Position numbers and translations under genes: made by a program. Below are positions 9,891 to 19,747 of a stretch of DNA of 64,000 nt, piece by piece (position 1 is the stretch's first letter; each line of letters begins with the position of its first letter). Below the pieces are notes generated by a model, which worked only from the letters and a program-made list of their open reading frames with translations, made no database searches and was not told the origin of the DNA. The DNA is from an uncultured delta proteobacterium (GTDB lineage: Bacteria; Desulfobacterota; Binatia; UBA9968). The DNA lies in contig CAWFJP010000011.1 in NCBI GenBank assembly GCA_963816145.1, positions 96,001 through 160,000 on the forward strand, read 5' to 3'.

Positions 9891-9974
9891 TCTCCCGCAA
9901 AGACGCGAAGGCGCAAAGATAAGAAAAATAAATATTATTTTCCGAACTTAGCGTCTTTGCGCCTTCGCGGGAGA
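9891..9974. repeat. 9-mer periodic hairpin (CGCAAAG variant)
   Basis: tctcccgcaaagacgcgaaggcgcaaag ... ccgaacttagcgtctttgcgccttcgcgggaga. Confidence 0.8.
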
Positions 9975-9991
9975 CATCCTCTTTCCGAGAC

Positions 9992-11338
9992 CTAAATATA
10001 TTTCACCTTATCGACGCCGGGGATCTCGACCTTCTCGAAGCGCCAGTGATCCTTCAACGGCGCGGTGGCGTCGATGCCCATGCCGGCGGTCACCCGCGAC
10101 TCGGGGCATGACGGGTCGAGAGTCGAGCAGGCGATGCGCGGGATCACGATTAAATCCTTGTCCGCCTGAAAGCGCGTCGCCATCGCCCAGTCGACCTGCA
10201 TCGGATCGAAGGGATCGATGTCGTCGTCGACGATGATGACTTGCTTCAAACCGATGCCCATCGATAACAGCGCCAAGATCACATTGCGCCCCTCGTTCTC
10301 CGCGCGCTTTTTGATCGACACCACGACGTGATGGCGGAACGTGCCGCCCGGCGTCATGTTGACCGCTTTGACTTCGGGGACGATTTTTTTCACTTCACGA
10401 TAGACTACGGCGGCGTTGCCGTATTCTATTAGCGTATGATTTTCAGTCACCGGCATGCCGGTGAGCGCGGTCTGCCAGATCGGGTTTTTGCGCATGGTGA
10501 TGGCGGTGACTTTCAATACCGGCGCCTGCTTGGCGTCGCTATAGCAGCCCGGATACTCGCCGTAAGGCCCGTCCGGCACGCGCTCGCCGGGGATCGTCAC
10601 GCCTTCGATGATGACCTCGGCCATCGCCGGCACTTCGACGTCGATGGTTTCGCATTTCACCAGCTTCACCGCTCCGCCGCGCAGTCCGCCGGCGACGTGA
10701 AATTCGTCGATGCCGTAGGGCACCCGCGCCTGCGATGCGACTACGATCGACGGTTCCACACCGACCGCGGTGGCAACCGGCAGGCCTTTGCCGTTTTCCT
10801 CAGCCTTTAAAATCATCCGGCCCAGATGATGGTCCGCCGGCGCCCACAGCGATAGCCTATCCTTGCCTAGTACCAGCATGCGATGAATGGACAGATTGCG
10901 GATGCCGGTATCCGGGTCCTTGCCGATTTGCATGCCGATGGTGATGTAAGGGCCGCAATCCTTGCTCGCATGAGTGACGATCGGCAGCTTGGTGAGATCG
11001 ACTTGATCGCCGGTCCATTTGATTTCCTTGCAGGGTCCAGTGGCGACAATCTCCGGCGGGATGCGTTTGTCTTCCAGGGTCATATAGCGTTCGAGCATCT
11101 CGTCCTGGGGCACACCGAGACCGAGAGCGACTAACTTTCGCGTCGCGAACAAGCCGCCGAGCACGCGCCAGTCGGGATAATTCTTAACGTTCTCGAACAA
11201 TAGCGCCGGCCCTTCGATATCGGAGGTCTTGCGCATTCCCGCGGCAATCTCGTGCTTGACGCTGACCTCGTCTTTGACCAGTTTCAACTGGCCCAAGTCT
11301 TCCAAGTGCGCGAGGAAACCTCTGAGATCATCAAACAT
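9992..11338 (-). CDS. UbiD family (prFMN-dependent) decarboxylase
   Basis: DLRGFL, GPALLFENV, NLSIHR, DGPYGEYPG, VDDDIDPFD, WAMATR, GIDAT. Confidence 0.93.
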   Translation of the reverse strand: MFDDLRGFLAHLEDLGQLKLVKDEVSVKHEIAAGMRKTSDIEGPALLFENVKNYPDWRVLGGLFATRKLVALGLGVPQDEMLERYMTLEDKRIPPEIVATGPCKEIKWTGDQVDLTKLPIVTHASKDCGPYITIGMQIGKDPDTGIRNLSIHRMLVLGKDRLSLWAPADHHLGRMILKAEENGKGLPVATAVGVEPSIVVASQARVPYGIDEFHVAGGLRGGAVKLVKCETIDVEVPAMAEVIIEGVTIPGERVPDGPYGEYPGCYSDAKQAPVLKVTAITMRKNPIWQTALTGMPVTENHTLIEYGNAAVVYREVKKIVPEVKAVNMTPGGTFRHHVVVSIKKRAENEGRNVILALLSMGIGLKQVIIVDDDIDPFDPMQVDWAMATRFQADKDLIVIPRIACSTLDPSCPESRVTAGMGIDATAPLKDHWRFEKVEIPGVDKVKYI

Positions 11339-11366
11339 AGATAAACCTCAAAATAAAATTCCAGAT

Positions 11367-11437
11367 TGGAGTGATGGAGTGTTGGGTCAGAGAATAGCAC
11401 TCCACTTCTCCATCACTCCACTACTCCATCACTCCAG
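11367..11437. repeat. 8-mer periodic hairpin (TGGAGTGA/TCACTCCA)
   Basis: tggagtgatggagtgttgg ... actccacttctccatcactccactactccatcactcca. Confidence 0.8.
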
Positions 11438-12421
11438 TCAACTCAACCTAAGCAGCGGCAACACTTCGTCGACAAATCGCTGCACCTGCCCCGGTTGGTC
11501 GTTCGAGGTAAAGCGCAACACCGGCGTGGTGATGCCCATGTCGAGCCATTGTTGAATCAGCTCCGCGCAATCTTTCGGCGGTCCATGGGCAAGCCAGACT
11601 TTGATCAAGCTCTCCGGCGGATATGTCGGGCCGTAATAGTGATTGAAATAGTCCTTCGCCTGGCTGTAGGCCGATTCTTTGTCGTCGTTGATGTTGACCA
11701 TGCCATGGATGGCGACTTCAAAGTTGGATAAATCTTTGCCGATCTCCTGCGCCGTCTGCTCAATAATTCTCAGGCGCTTGCCCAATTCTTCAGCAGTGAC
11801 ACCCATGGTGATGTAGCCATCGGCGAGCAGTCCGACCCGGCGCATCGCCTGGTCGACAATCTTGTCACCCACTTGCTCACGGTCGGGACTCACCGCGATC
11901 CAGATCGGCGGCGGTTTTTGCACCGGCTTGGGCACGATGTTGTAGTCTTCGAGAGTGAAATACTTGCCGTGAAACGATGTGTTCTGATCGCTCCAGATCT
12001 GCCGCAAAAGCTCGATTCCCTCGCGCATGCGGCCGACCCGTTCTGCTTTTTTGATGCCAAACGCGCGCAGCTCGCCTTCATGGCCGCCGCCGATACAGAC
12101 ACCGAGCAGCGAACGGCCTTGCGAGAGTTGGTCCAACGACGCCCACTGAATCGCCAACAAAACCGGATGGCGCACCGGGAACGATGCCATACAGATCGTC
12201 CCCAAACGAACTCTTTTGGTATGGGTCGCCACCGCCGCTAGCATGGTAATTGCTTCAAGCCTTGGCTTATGAATTAAACTGTCGCCAAACCACACCGACT
12301 CAAAGACACCGGAGCGCTCGGCCAAGACCGCAGTGTGGATGAGATCCTCGACATCGGTGAGTCCGAACAGCGCGCCGCGATTGGGCAGGCTGATGCCCCA
12401 TTTCACCGGCAGGTTGAGCAT
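11438..12421 (-). CDS. LLM class (luciferase-like) flavin-dependent oxidoreductase
   Basis: FESVWFGDS, LAAVATHTKRVRLGT, LDQLSQGR, PKPVQKPPPIWIA. Confidence 0.9.
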   Translation of the reverse strand: MLNLPVKWGISLPNRGALFGLTDVEDLIHTAVLAERSGVFESVWFGDSLIHKPRLEAITMLAAVATHTKRVRLGTICMASFPVRHPVLLAIQWASLDQLSQGRSLLGVCIGGGHEGELRAFGIKKAERVGRMREGIELLRQIWSDQNTSFHGKYFTLEDYNIVPKPVQKPPPIWIAVSPDREQVGDKIVDQAMRRVGLLADGYITMGVTAEELGKRLRIIEQTAQEIGKDLSNFEVAIHGMVNINDDKESAYSQAKDYFNHYYGPTYPPESLIKVWLAHGPPKDCAELIQQWLDMGITTPVLRFTSNDQPGQVQRFVDEVLPLLRLS

Positions 12422-12450
12422 GGTCTTGTGTTAGAAGAACCATCCCGGAG

Positions 12451-12473
12451 TGTCAAGCCAACTTGACTTGACA
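12451..12473. promoter_or_regulatory. Back-to-back TTGACA boxes (palindrome TGTCAAG-N9-CTTGACA) between the divergent catabolic operons
   Basis: Perfect -35 hexamers on both strands. On the minus strand TTGACA-N17-TAACAC-N6-ATG would make the LLM gene leaderless. The -10 matches are weak. Confidence 0.4.
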
Positions 12474-12570
12474 GGTCGGTAAATTTGCGAGCATAGGATA
12501 GCGAGCGCGCTCACGAGAAACCATCACGAGTTCGCCGGTAGTCAATTCTAGAAAGCCGAGGTTGATTGTT

Positions 12571-14004
12571 ATGTCAAAGGATCTGCGCAGTTATCTCGAC
12601 GAGTTGTTGGAGAAACGCCCCAAGGACGTCGTCGTTGTCGATAAAGAAGTCGATCCGGTTTACGAAGTCACCGCCATCGTCGAAAAGTTTGAACGTGAGA
12701 ATAAATTCCCCTTGGTATTTTTCAAAAACGTCAAAGGTTCGAAGATCCCGGCGATCGTCAATCTCGGCGCCACCTACGAACGCTTGGCCTTGGCTCTCGG
12801 TTCGCCCAATGTGCCGCAGATGGTGCGCGACCTGGCCCATCGCGAACACCAACCGCTGCCAATCAAAGAGATCGCCGCCAAGGACGCGCCGTGCAAAGAG
12901 GTGATCTTGAAAGGCGATCAAGCCGATTTAGATCTGCTGCCGGTCTTGACCCACAACGAAGGCGACGCCGGCGCCTATGTCAATGCCGCGGCGATGATTT
13001 GTAAAGAACGAGGTAGCGGCGCGGTCAACGTCGGCATCTATCGCCATCAAAAACAGGGCAAGCGGCAGCTCGGATTGATGGTCAATCCGGCCAATCACGC
13101 CAATTACGTGCGCGCCGAATACGAAGATCACAACGAGCCAATGGAGGTCGCGCTCTGCATCGGCCACCATCCGGCGCTCAACATGGCGGCGGTCAGCAAG
13201 CAAGCCGGTGTCGGCTCAGAGCTGGAGATCGCCGGGGCATTTCTCGGCGAGTCCTTGGAAGTCGTCAAAGCGGAAACCGTCGATATCATGGTGCCGGCGC
13301 ACTGCGAGATCATCATTGAAGGGATCGTGCCGCCCAAGAAGCGCCAGTACGAGGGACCTTTCGGCGAATGGCCGCATTACTACTATAAGGAGGGCGAGCA
13401 GCCCTATATTCAAGTCACTGCCATCACGATGAAAAGGAGCCCGATCTACCAGAGCATCCACAGCGCGCATATCGAACACAACATTATCGGCGCCGCGCCA
13501 CGGCTCGGCAGTCTGCTCAAACGGGTGCAAGAAGTCGTGCCCAGCACCACTGCGGTCAACCTGCCGATTTCCGGCGCCGCCCGCTCGCACTGTTATATCT
13601 CTGTCAAAAAACGCGCCGAAGGCGATCCCAAGCAAGCCGCATTGGGCGCCATCGTCACCGATCCGAATATCAAGCATGTCATCGTCGTCGACGACGATGT
13701 CGACGTCTTCAACGAAAACCAGGTGCTCTGGGCGCTGGCCATGCGCTTCCAAGCCGACCGCGACCTGGTGATCATCCCGAACATCATCGGCTCGCACTTG
13801 AACCCCACTGCCTACGGCTACAACCGTCTGGAGCGCGGCCCGATGGAGACGAAACTCATTTTTGACGCGACCAAACCGCTGCCGCCCTATGACTTCCCGA
13901 AAGAAGCCCAGGCGCCCGACGCGGTATTGAACAAGGTCGATCTGAACCGCGACACGCGCCCCTACGAACCGGGCAAGGACGATAGGGCGATCACCGGGAA
14001 ATGA
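12571..14004 (+). CDS. UbiD family (prFMN-dependent) decarboxylase, second paralog
   Basis: DLRSYL, NVGIYR, EGPFGEW, VDDDVDVFN, WALAMRFQ, IFDAT. Confidence 0.93.
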   Translation: MSKDLRSYLDELLEKRPKDVVVVDKEVDPVYEVTAIVEKFERENKFPLVFFKNVKGSKIPAIVNLGATYERLALALGSPNVPQMVRDLAHREHQPLPIKEIAAKDAPCKEVILKGDQADLDLLPVLTHNEGDAGAYVNAAAMICKERGSGAVNVGIYRHQKQGKRQLGLMVNPANHANYVRAEYEDHNEPMEVALCIGHHPALNMAAVSKQAGVGSELEIAGAFLGESLEVVKAETVDIMVPAHCEIIIEGIVPPKKRQYEGPFGEWPHYYYKEGEQPYIQVTAITMKRSPIYQSIHSAHIEHNIIGAAPRLGSLLKRVQEVVPSTTAVNLPISGAARSHCYISVKKRAEGDPKQAALGAIVTDPNIKHVIVVDDDVDVFNENQVLWALAMRFQADRDLVIIPNIIGSHLNPTAYGYNRLERGPMETKLIFDATKPLPPYDFPKEAQAPDAVLNKVDLNRDTRPYEPGKDDRAITGK

Positions 14005-14016
14005 TTCAGATGAAGA

Positions 14017-14109
14017 GGTTCAAGCCGCTCAAATCGTTCAAGCCGTCTTCGGAGGTTCCGGGTCCGATAACGTTTTGAACGACTTGAACGTTTGGAACGA
14101 TTTGAACGC
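14017..14109. repeat. 9-mer periodic hairpin (GTTCAA/TTGAAC)
   Basis: ggttcaagccgctcaaatcgttcaagccg ... ttgaacgacttgaacgtttggaacgatttgaacg. Confidence 0.8.
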
Positions 14110-14129
14110 GAGCCGTTAGGCGAGGACCG

Positions 14130-14987
14130 ATGGTTGAAATCGAGCGGGTCTCGAAAAGCTTTCACAAGACCGTCAAAAACAGCACCACCGAGGTGAAGGC
14201 TCTTGCGGAGGTGAATCTTTCGGTCCGTGCGAACGAGTTTTTGAGCATCATCGGACCGAGCGGCTGCGGCAAAACGACGCTGCTCAAAATGATCGACGGT
14301 CTGATTCCCTACGACAGCGGCAAGATCTCGATTGACGGCAAGCGGATCACCGCCCCCGGTCCGGACCGGGCCGTGGTGTTTCAAACCTTTGCGTTGCTGC
14401 CTTGGCGCACCGTGTTGGCCAATGTCGAGTTCAGTTTGGAGTTGCGCCAGATCAGCGCCCAAGAACGAACCGAGATCGCTCGCGATTGTTTGAAGCGCGT
14501 CGGCCTAGGCGATTTTGAAAATCATTATCCGCACGAACTCTCCGGCGGCATGCAGCAGCGCGCCGGGCTAGCGCGCGCCCTGGCAGTTAACCCGTCGATC
14601 TTGCTGATGGACGAGCCCTTCGGCGCCGTCGATGCGCAAACCCGGCAGCTCTTGCAGGAAGAGTTGCTCGAACTGTGGCAACGCGAGCGCAAGACCGTGA
14701 TCTTCATCACGCACAGCATGGACGAAGCGGTGTATCTTTCCGACCGGGTCGTCGTTATGACGCCGCGTCCTGGCCGAGTTGCCGAAGTCCTTGATGTCCC
14801 CCTGGCCCGGCCGCGCGTCGCCGAAGATGTCCGGCGCGACCCCAAGTTCGTCGAGTTGACCAATTATATTTGGGATAGCCTCAAGAAAGCGATGGAGAAC
14901 GGCCATGCAGAGGGTGAAACTCGTCGTCTTCACGAACCCAACGTTGAATCAGATTCCGCCTCCCGTCGCGGCAGAAAGCTAGGATGA
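14130..14987 (+). CDS. ABC transporter ATP-binding protein (TauB/SsuB/NitT family)
   Basis: GPSGCGKT, LSGGMQQR, LLMDEPF, FITHS. Confidence 0.95.
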   Translation: MVEIERVSKSFHKTVKNSTTEVKALAEVNLSVRANEFLSIIGPSGCGKTTLLKMIDGLIPYDSGKISIDGKRITAPGPDRAVVFQTFALLPWRTVLANVEFSLELRQISAQERTEIARDCLKRVGLGDFENHYPHELSGGMQQRAGLARALAVNPSILLMDEPFGAVDAQTRQLLQEELLELWQRERKTVIFITHSMDEAVYLSDRVVVMTPRPGRVAEVLDVPLARPRVAEDVRRDPKFVELTNYIWDSLKKAMENGHAEGETRRLHEPNVESDSASRRGRKLG

Positions 14988-14996
14988 GGAGGCTCC

Positions 14997-15752
14997 GTGC
15001 ATAGCCAGTTTAACATAAATGCGCTCTCTATTCTCTCCCTCGCCGCAGTTTGGGAAATCACCGGCCGCCTGCTCAATTCGATGCTGATCCCGCCGCTGAC
15101 AAAGATCGGCACAGCCTGGTACAAGCTTTTGCTTGGCGGCAAGCTTTTGCCTAATCTCGCCGCCAGCCTTTGGACCATGATCATCGGCTTTGTTCTGGCA
15201 GTTCTAGTCGGCATCATCGTCGGCCTGCTCATGGGCCGCTTCCGCGCCGTCGAACATTTCCTCGATCTCTACGTCAACTCGTTAATGTCGGCGCCAACCA
15301 CCGCCTTCGTGCCAGTGCTGATCCTGTGGTTCGGCCTCGGCGTCCAATCGCGCGTTGCCGTGGTGTTTCTCTTCGCCGTGTTCGTCGTGATCATCAACAC
15401 CATGACCGGTGTCAAACAGGTCGACAACGTCTTGCTTGAAATGGCGCGCTCCTTCGGCGCCAGGGAAAAAGAAACCTTCATCAAAATTATCTTACCGGCG
15501 GCCATGCCGGCGATCATGGCCGGCGTCCGCCTGGCCATGGGGCGCGCGGTCAAGGGCATCGTCACGGCGGAGATGCTACTGACGCTGACCGGCATCGGCG
15601 CGATGATCATGCAGTACGGCTCAGCCTTCGCCACCGACGCGCTGTTCGCCGTGATTTTGACGATTTTGATCGTCGCCATGATCGCCATGAAACTGGTGCA
15701 AATGCTCGATCGACGTCTCACCGGATGGAAAGAAGAAGTCGCGGTCGAATAG
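14997..15752 (+). CDS. ABC transporter permease (TauC/SsuC family)
   Basis: Hydrophobic TM segments; EMARSFGA EAA loop. Confidence 0.93.
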   Translation: MHSQFNINALSILSLAAVWEITGRLLNSMLIPPLTKIGTAWYKLLLGGKLLPNLAASLWTMIIGFVLAVLVGIIVGLLMGRFRAVEHFLDLYVNSLMSAPTTAFVPVLILWFGLGVQSRVAVVFLFAVFVVIINTMTGVKQVDNVLLEMARSFGAREKETFIKIILPAAMPAIMAGVRLAMGRAVKGIVTAEMLLTLTGIGAMIMQYGSAFATDALFAVILTILIVAMIAMKLVQMLDRRLTGWKEEVAVE

Positions 15753-15792
15753 TTAAGTGGCCGGTGAAGCCCCAGGGAATGCGCAGATTGGA

Positions 15793-15957
15793 CTCGAAGC
15801 ACGAAATCCGAAACCCGCAGCTCGAAACAAATTCAAATGAACCAATATATAATGTTCCAAACATCGCTGAGTCAAATTCGAGGTTTTGGAGTTTTGGATC
15901 TGGAATTTATTTTGGCCCGGTTTTGTTTCGAATTTCGAAATTCGGATTTAAATTCGT
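15793..15957. repeat. 7-mer periodic hairpin (CGAAATC/ATTTCG)
   Basis: cgaagcacgaaatccgaaac...cgaaacaaa ... tttgtttcgaatttcgaaattcggattt. Confidence 0.7.
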
Positions 15958-15996
15958 GAATCGATGGTGACTAATTTTAGCGGGGAGGGAGTTCCT

Positions 15997-16980
15997 ATGA
16001 CCAGATCGTTCCTAAAATTATCTGCCTTAGCGGTCGGGTTCGCCGTCGGGCTCGCCTTGGCTGCGCCGGCACACGCCCAGAAAAAAGTCCGCTTCGCTTA
16101 TCCATCGTCGGCAGACATGGGCGATGTGCCGTCGCTGCTCGCGTGGGAGCAGCTCAAGAAACAGGGCATCGAAGTGGTGCCGACGTTTTTTCCGAGAACC
16201 GATCTCGCCGTTCAAGCGGTGGTCGCCGGTGAAGCCGATATCGGTTCCGCCGCCGGCATCGCCGTCGTCAAGGCGGTGGAAAGCGGCATGAATGTCAGAG
16301 TGATCGGCGAGCAGGTGCGCAACGAATGGCAGTTGGTGGCGCCGGTATCGTTCAAGGACCCCAAGCAGCTCGACGGCAAGCGGGTCGGCTATCACGCGCC
16401 GATCACCGTCACCGAGGCGCTGGTCAAATGGATGGCACAGCACTACAAGATCACACCCAACTGGCTGATCATTCCCGGTTCGGATGTGCGCGCTGAAGCG
16501 CTCATGCGCGGCCAACTGGACGCCACCCCGGCAGAGATCGTCGACGTGCTAAATATTTTGAACGCCAAACCCGGACAGTTTCACGTGTTGATCTCCTACG
16601 CGAAAATTTTCCCGCAGCTGATCGGCTCGATGTACTTCTCGCGCGCCGATTATCTGCAGAAACAAGCTGGCACCGTCGACAGCGTGATCGAAGCGATCTT
16701 GCGCGCCCACCGTAATGCCGAAGAACGGCCGGCGTCGGTGCGCGAAAACGCGCTTAGGTTGCTGCCGGAAACTAAACCGGAACTGATCGATGCCATCGCC
16801 GCCAGTTACAAAGATCTGCGCATCTGGGACGTCAACGGCGGCGCTGGCAGAGAACGCGGCGATGCCAGCATCAAATTTTTTGAGGACGCCGGATTGCTGA
16901 AAAAGGGCGCGGTCACCTTCGCGCAGTCGTTCGACACCGGGCCTCTCGATCGCGTGTTAAAGAAAATTGGCCGCAAATAA
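15997..16980 (+). CDS. ABC transporter substrate-binding protein (NMT1/SsuA-like)
   Basis: Signal peptide ending AHA, LDGKRVG motif; lies in the ABC operon. Confidence 0.85.
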   Translation: MTRSFLKLSALAVGFAVGLALAAPAHAQKKVRFAYPSSADMGDVPSLLAWEQLKKQGIEVVPTFFPRTDLAVQAVVAGEADIGSAAGIAVVKAVESGMNVRVIGEQVRNEWQLVAPVSFKDPKQLDGKRVGYHAPITVTEALVKWMAQHYKITPNWLIIPGSDVRAEALMRGQLDATPAEIVDVLNILNAKPGQFHVLISYAKIFPQLIGSMYFSRADYLQKQAGTVDSVIEAILRAHRNAEERPASVRENALRLLPETKPELIDAIAASYKDLRIWDVNGGAGRERGDASIKFFEDAGLLKKGAVTFAQSFDTGPLDRVLKKIGRK

Positions 16981-17032
16981 CTGCACGATGTTCGGGGCGG
17001 GTTTCAAACCTGTCGCTACGGTTGAGTAACGC

Positions 17033-17776
17033 ATGAAACCCAACACTCTCAGACTCCTCTCGCTCATAACGCTCACGGCGGCCTGGGAAATCGCCGGCCG
17101 CACCGGCAACGCCCGCTTGCTGCCGCCGGCGTCGAAGGTCATGAGCGTTTGGTTTGACTTACTGCTCACCGGCCAGCTTTTCCACGCCCTTAGCGTCAGC
17201 CTGCAAGCTCTTACCCTCGGCTTCTTACTCTCGGTGCTATTCGGCGTCCCATTGGGGCTGCTCATGGGACGCTACCGCCGGCTCGAATCCTTTCTCGATA
17301 TCTACATGACCGCGCTGCTGACGGTGCCGATGATTTCGTTCATCCCCTTCTTGGTCATCGCCTTCGGCCTGGGACTGCAGTCGCGAATCTGGATCGTCTT
17401 TCTTTTTGCCTTCGTCATCATCGCCATCAACACCACCGCCGGCGTGCGCAACGTCGATCCGACGCTGACGGAAATGGCCAAGTCCTTCGGCGCCAAGGAA
17501 AGCGAACTGTTCATGAAAATCATCCTGCCCGCCGCCCTGCCGATGATCATGGCGGGGATCCGTCTCGGCATGGGGCGCGCCGTGTTGGGCATGGTTACCA
17601 GCGAGATGATCCTCGCCGTGGTTGGTTTCGGCGCTATGCTGATGACTTTCGGCGCGTCGTTCAATTCGCCGGCGTTGTTCGCAACGCTCTTGACTATCGT
17701 CCTGCTCGCCGTGGCGCTATTGGCGTTGATCCAATACCTCGACCGGCGTTTAACGCCATGGCGTTCGGCCGCGTGA
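17033..17776 (+). CDS. ABC transporter permease (TauC/SsuC family), second
   Basis: EMAKSFGA, ILPAALP; paralog of 14997..15752. Confidence 0.93.
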   Translation: MKPNTLRLLSLITLTAAWEIAGRTGNARLLPPASKVMSVWFDLLLTGQLFHALSVSLQALTLGFLLSVLFGVPLGLLMGRYRRLESFLDIYMTALLTVPMISFIPFLVIAFGLGLQSRIWIVFLFAFVIIAINTTAGVRNVDPTLTEMAKSFGAKESELFMKIILPAALPMIMAGIRLGMGRAVLGMVTSEMILAVVGFGAMLMTFGASFNSPALFATLLTIVLLAVALLALIQYLDRRLTPWRSAA

Positions 17777-17872
17777 CACTTCTCAAATCTGCCAACTTGG
17801 GTTACAAATGAACCGGTGCCGCGAGCGCGCCTTTAACGACCAATCACTCCAATACCAGGAGAATTTTTCGCG

Positions 17873-18880
17873 ATGAAAAATCGAATCTTGAATCGACCGT
17901 TTTCCATCCTTTGCACTTTACTGGCAATTTTTCTGGTGCCTTCTCATGCCGGGGCGCAAGCGCCGATGGAAAAACTCCACGTCGCCTATACAGTGATCGC
18001 GCCGACGCAGCTCAACGTTTGGACCGCCAAAGATATGGGCTATTTCGCAAAACATGGGCTCGATGTCGATCTAGTCTTGCTCGTCGGTGCGCCGCTCGCG
18101 GTCGCTGCTTTAGTCGGCGGCGAAACACCCATCGTTCACACCGGCGCGTCCGCTGTGATCACCAGCAACCTCGCCGGTTCCGGCGCCGTCTTGCTCGCCG
18201 GCGCGGCCAACCGATTTCCGTATGTCTTGTTCGTCACCGAGCAAATCAAACGGGTTGAAGACTTGAAAGGGAAACGTTTCGGCGTCAGCCGCGTCGGCGG
18301 CGCTGACCACGCCGCCGCGATCACGGTGTTCGACAAATTGGGCGTCAAAGAAAACGACGTCACCTACGTTCAGGCCGGCAGCATTCCAGCCCGCCTGGCG
18401 GCCATGCAGACCAACACGTTGCAAGCGACTTTGCTCCAAGCGCCGGAAACTTTGAAGGCTAAAGAGCTTGGCCTGCGCGCACTGCTCGATTTCACCAAGC
18501 TCGATGTCGAGTGGCAGCAAAACGGCGTGGCGACGACCCGCGACTACATTAAAAGGAAACCTGACACCATCCGCCGCTTCATGCGCGCCTACGTCGACGC
18601 CGTCCACTATAACTTGACCAACGCCAAGGGCGCGCAAAAGGTGTTGCAAAAATATTTGGCGATCAAGGACGACCGATCGGTCGAAGAAGCTTACAACGAA
18701 ATCGTCTTCAAGCTCACTCGCCGTGTGCCCTACCCGACCGAGCCCGGCATTCAGCTTTTTCTCGATCAGCTAAAAGCCAGAAACCCCAAGGCCGGCCAAG
18801 TCAAACCGAGCGAATTTACCGACATCAGTTTTTTGAAAGAGCTCGAAAGCAGCGGCTATATCGACAAATTATATAAATAA
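17873..18880 (+). CDS. ABC transporter substrate-binding protein (NMT1/SsuA-like)
   Basis: Signal peptide; GYFAKHGLDV, DLKGKRFGV. Confidence 0.9.
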   Translation: MKNRILNRPFSILCTLLAIFLVPSHAGAQAPMEKLHVAYTVIAPTQLNVWTAKDMGYFAKHGLDVDLVLLVGAPLAVAALVGGETPIVHTGASAVITSNLAGSGAVLLAGAANRFPYVLFVTEQIKRVEDLKGKRFGVSRVGGADHAAAITVFDKLGVKENDVTYVQAGSIPARLAAMQTNTLQATLLQAPETLKAKELGLRALLDFTKLDVEWQQNGVATTRDYIKRKPDTIRRFMRAYVDAVHYNLTNAKGAQKVLQKYLAIKDDRSVEEAYNEIVFKLTRRVPYPTEPGIQLFLDQLKARNPKAGQVKPSEFTDISFLKELESSGYIDKLYK

Positions 18881-18963
18881 GGCGGTTTCAATCGTTCTCC
18901 CCCAGAAAATCCACCTGGAACTACTGGAACGTTTGGAACCATTGGAACCTTTTTTATTGGCGG

Positions 18964-19599
18964 TTAATTTTTGTAGATCACTATCCCTAAATCTCTCCCT
19001 CGTCCGCCTTCCGGGCAAGCGCTGATGCCCACCAAACAGTCCATTTCGGAGCGGAAATCGACCATATCCCCTTCCGGTCGGGGCCGGGTCATCGAGTAGC
19101 GCATGGCGCCGCTCTTGGCGTTGATGACCATAGTCTGAAACACGTTGAGCGGGCTCGGCACGTCCTCTTTCGGCACGCCGTGGGGCTTGAGCGCCTTGGC
19201 GAGGTTTTCCCAGCAGCCGTGCTTGGGCGCGACAACCTTCTTGCGGCCCAATTTTTTCCACACGCCGCCGTAGATCTTGAAGATCTCATCGCCCCATTTT
19301 TTGTAGAAGGACGTGCTACACATGCCCTTTTCCATGTCATGAGTGCCGCGATACGTGTCTTTGACGATGGTCTGCATGACGTTGTTATACTTGGAGATCA
19401 GCATGTCGCCCTTCGTCACGAAGATCTTTCCCTGGTTGACTTTGGTGCGCGCCTGATCGAAACGCTCTTTGACGTTGCGCAGATTGAACACCGTGTAGTC
19501 GGCAGTCGAGTGGCCGATAACGCGAATGACCTGCCCCTTCTTGACGACGAACGTCGCCCCGGTATTGCTCTTGATGATCGACTCGCTGATGATTTTCAT
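18964..19599 (-). CDS. DUF1989 (urea carboxylase-associated family) protein
   Basis: VKKGQVIRV, HDMEKGMC, GCWENL, PLNVFQ, EMDCLVGISACP; GGAGG RBS before the ATG at 19599. Confidence 0.8.
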   Translation of the reverse strand: MKIISESIIKSNTGATFVVKKGQVIRVIGHSTADYTVFNLRNVKERFDQARTKVNQGKIFVTKGDMLISKYNNVMQTIVKDTYRGTHDMEKGMCSTSFYKKWGDEIFKIYGGVWKKLGRKKVVAPKHGCWENLAKALKPHGVPKEDVPSPLNVFQTMVINAKSGAMRYSMTRPRPEGDMVDFRSEMDCLVGISACPEGGRGRDLGIVIYKN

Positions 19600-19747
19600 C
19601 GTTGCCTCCCTGGCGGGTTGAACTTCATTCACGTTAACTGATGGACCAGCGGAAATGCAAGATTCCACCGATAAATGAAAGCGTCGTCGCGATTGACAGG
19701 GCATTGCGCACATGGATAAATACCGCTGCCAGGTGAGCTAAAATTCC

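Noticed and set aside
16990-17019. Degenerate GTAG-type REP (also 27593..27616) as evidence for a RAYT system
   Set aside because: These are isolated, mutated single copies and no RAYT transposase gene is in the window
19681-19690. Guanidine-II (mini-ykkC) riboswitch upstream of DUF1989 (GCG-ACGA-CGC on the minus strand)
   Set aside because: Only one 3-bp ACGA hairpin is present; the second ACGR hairpin is absent and it lies far from the RBS
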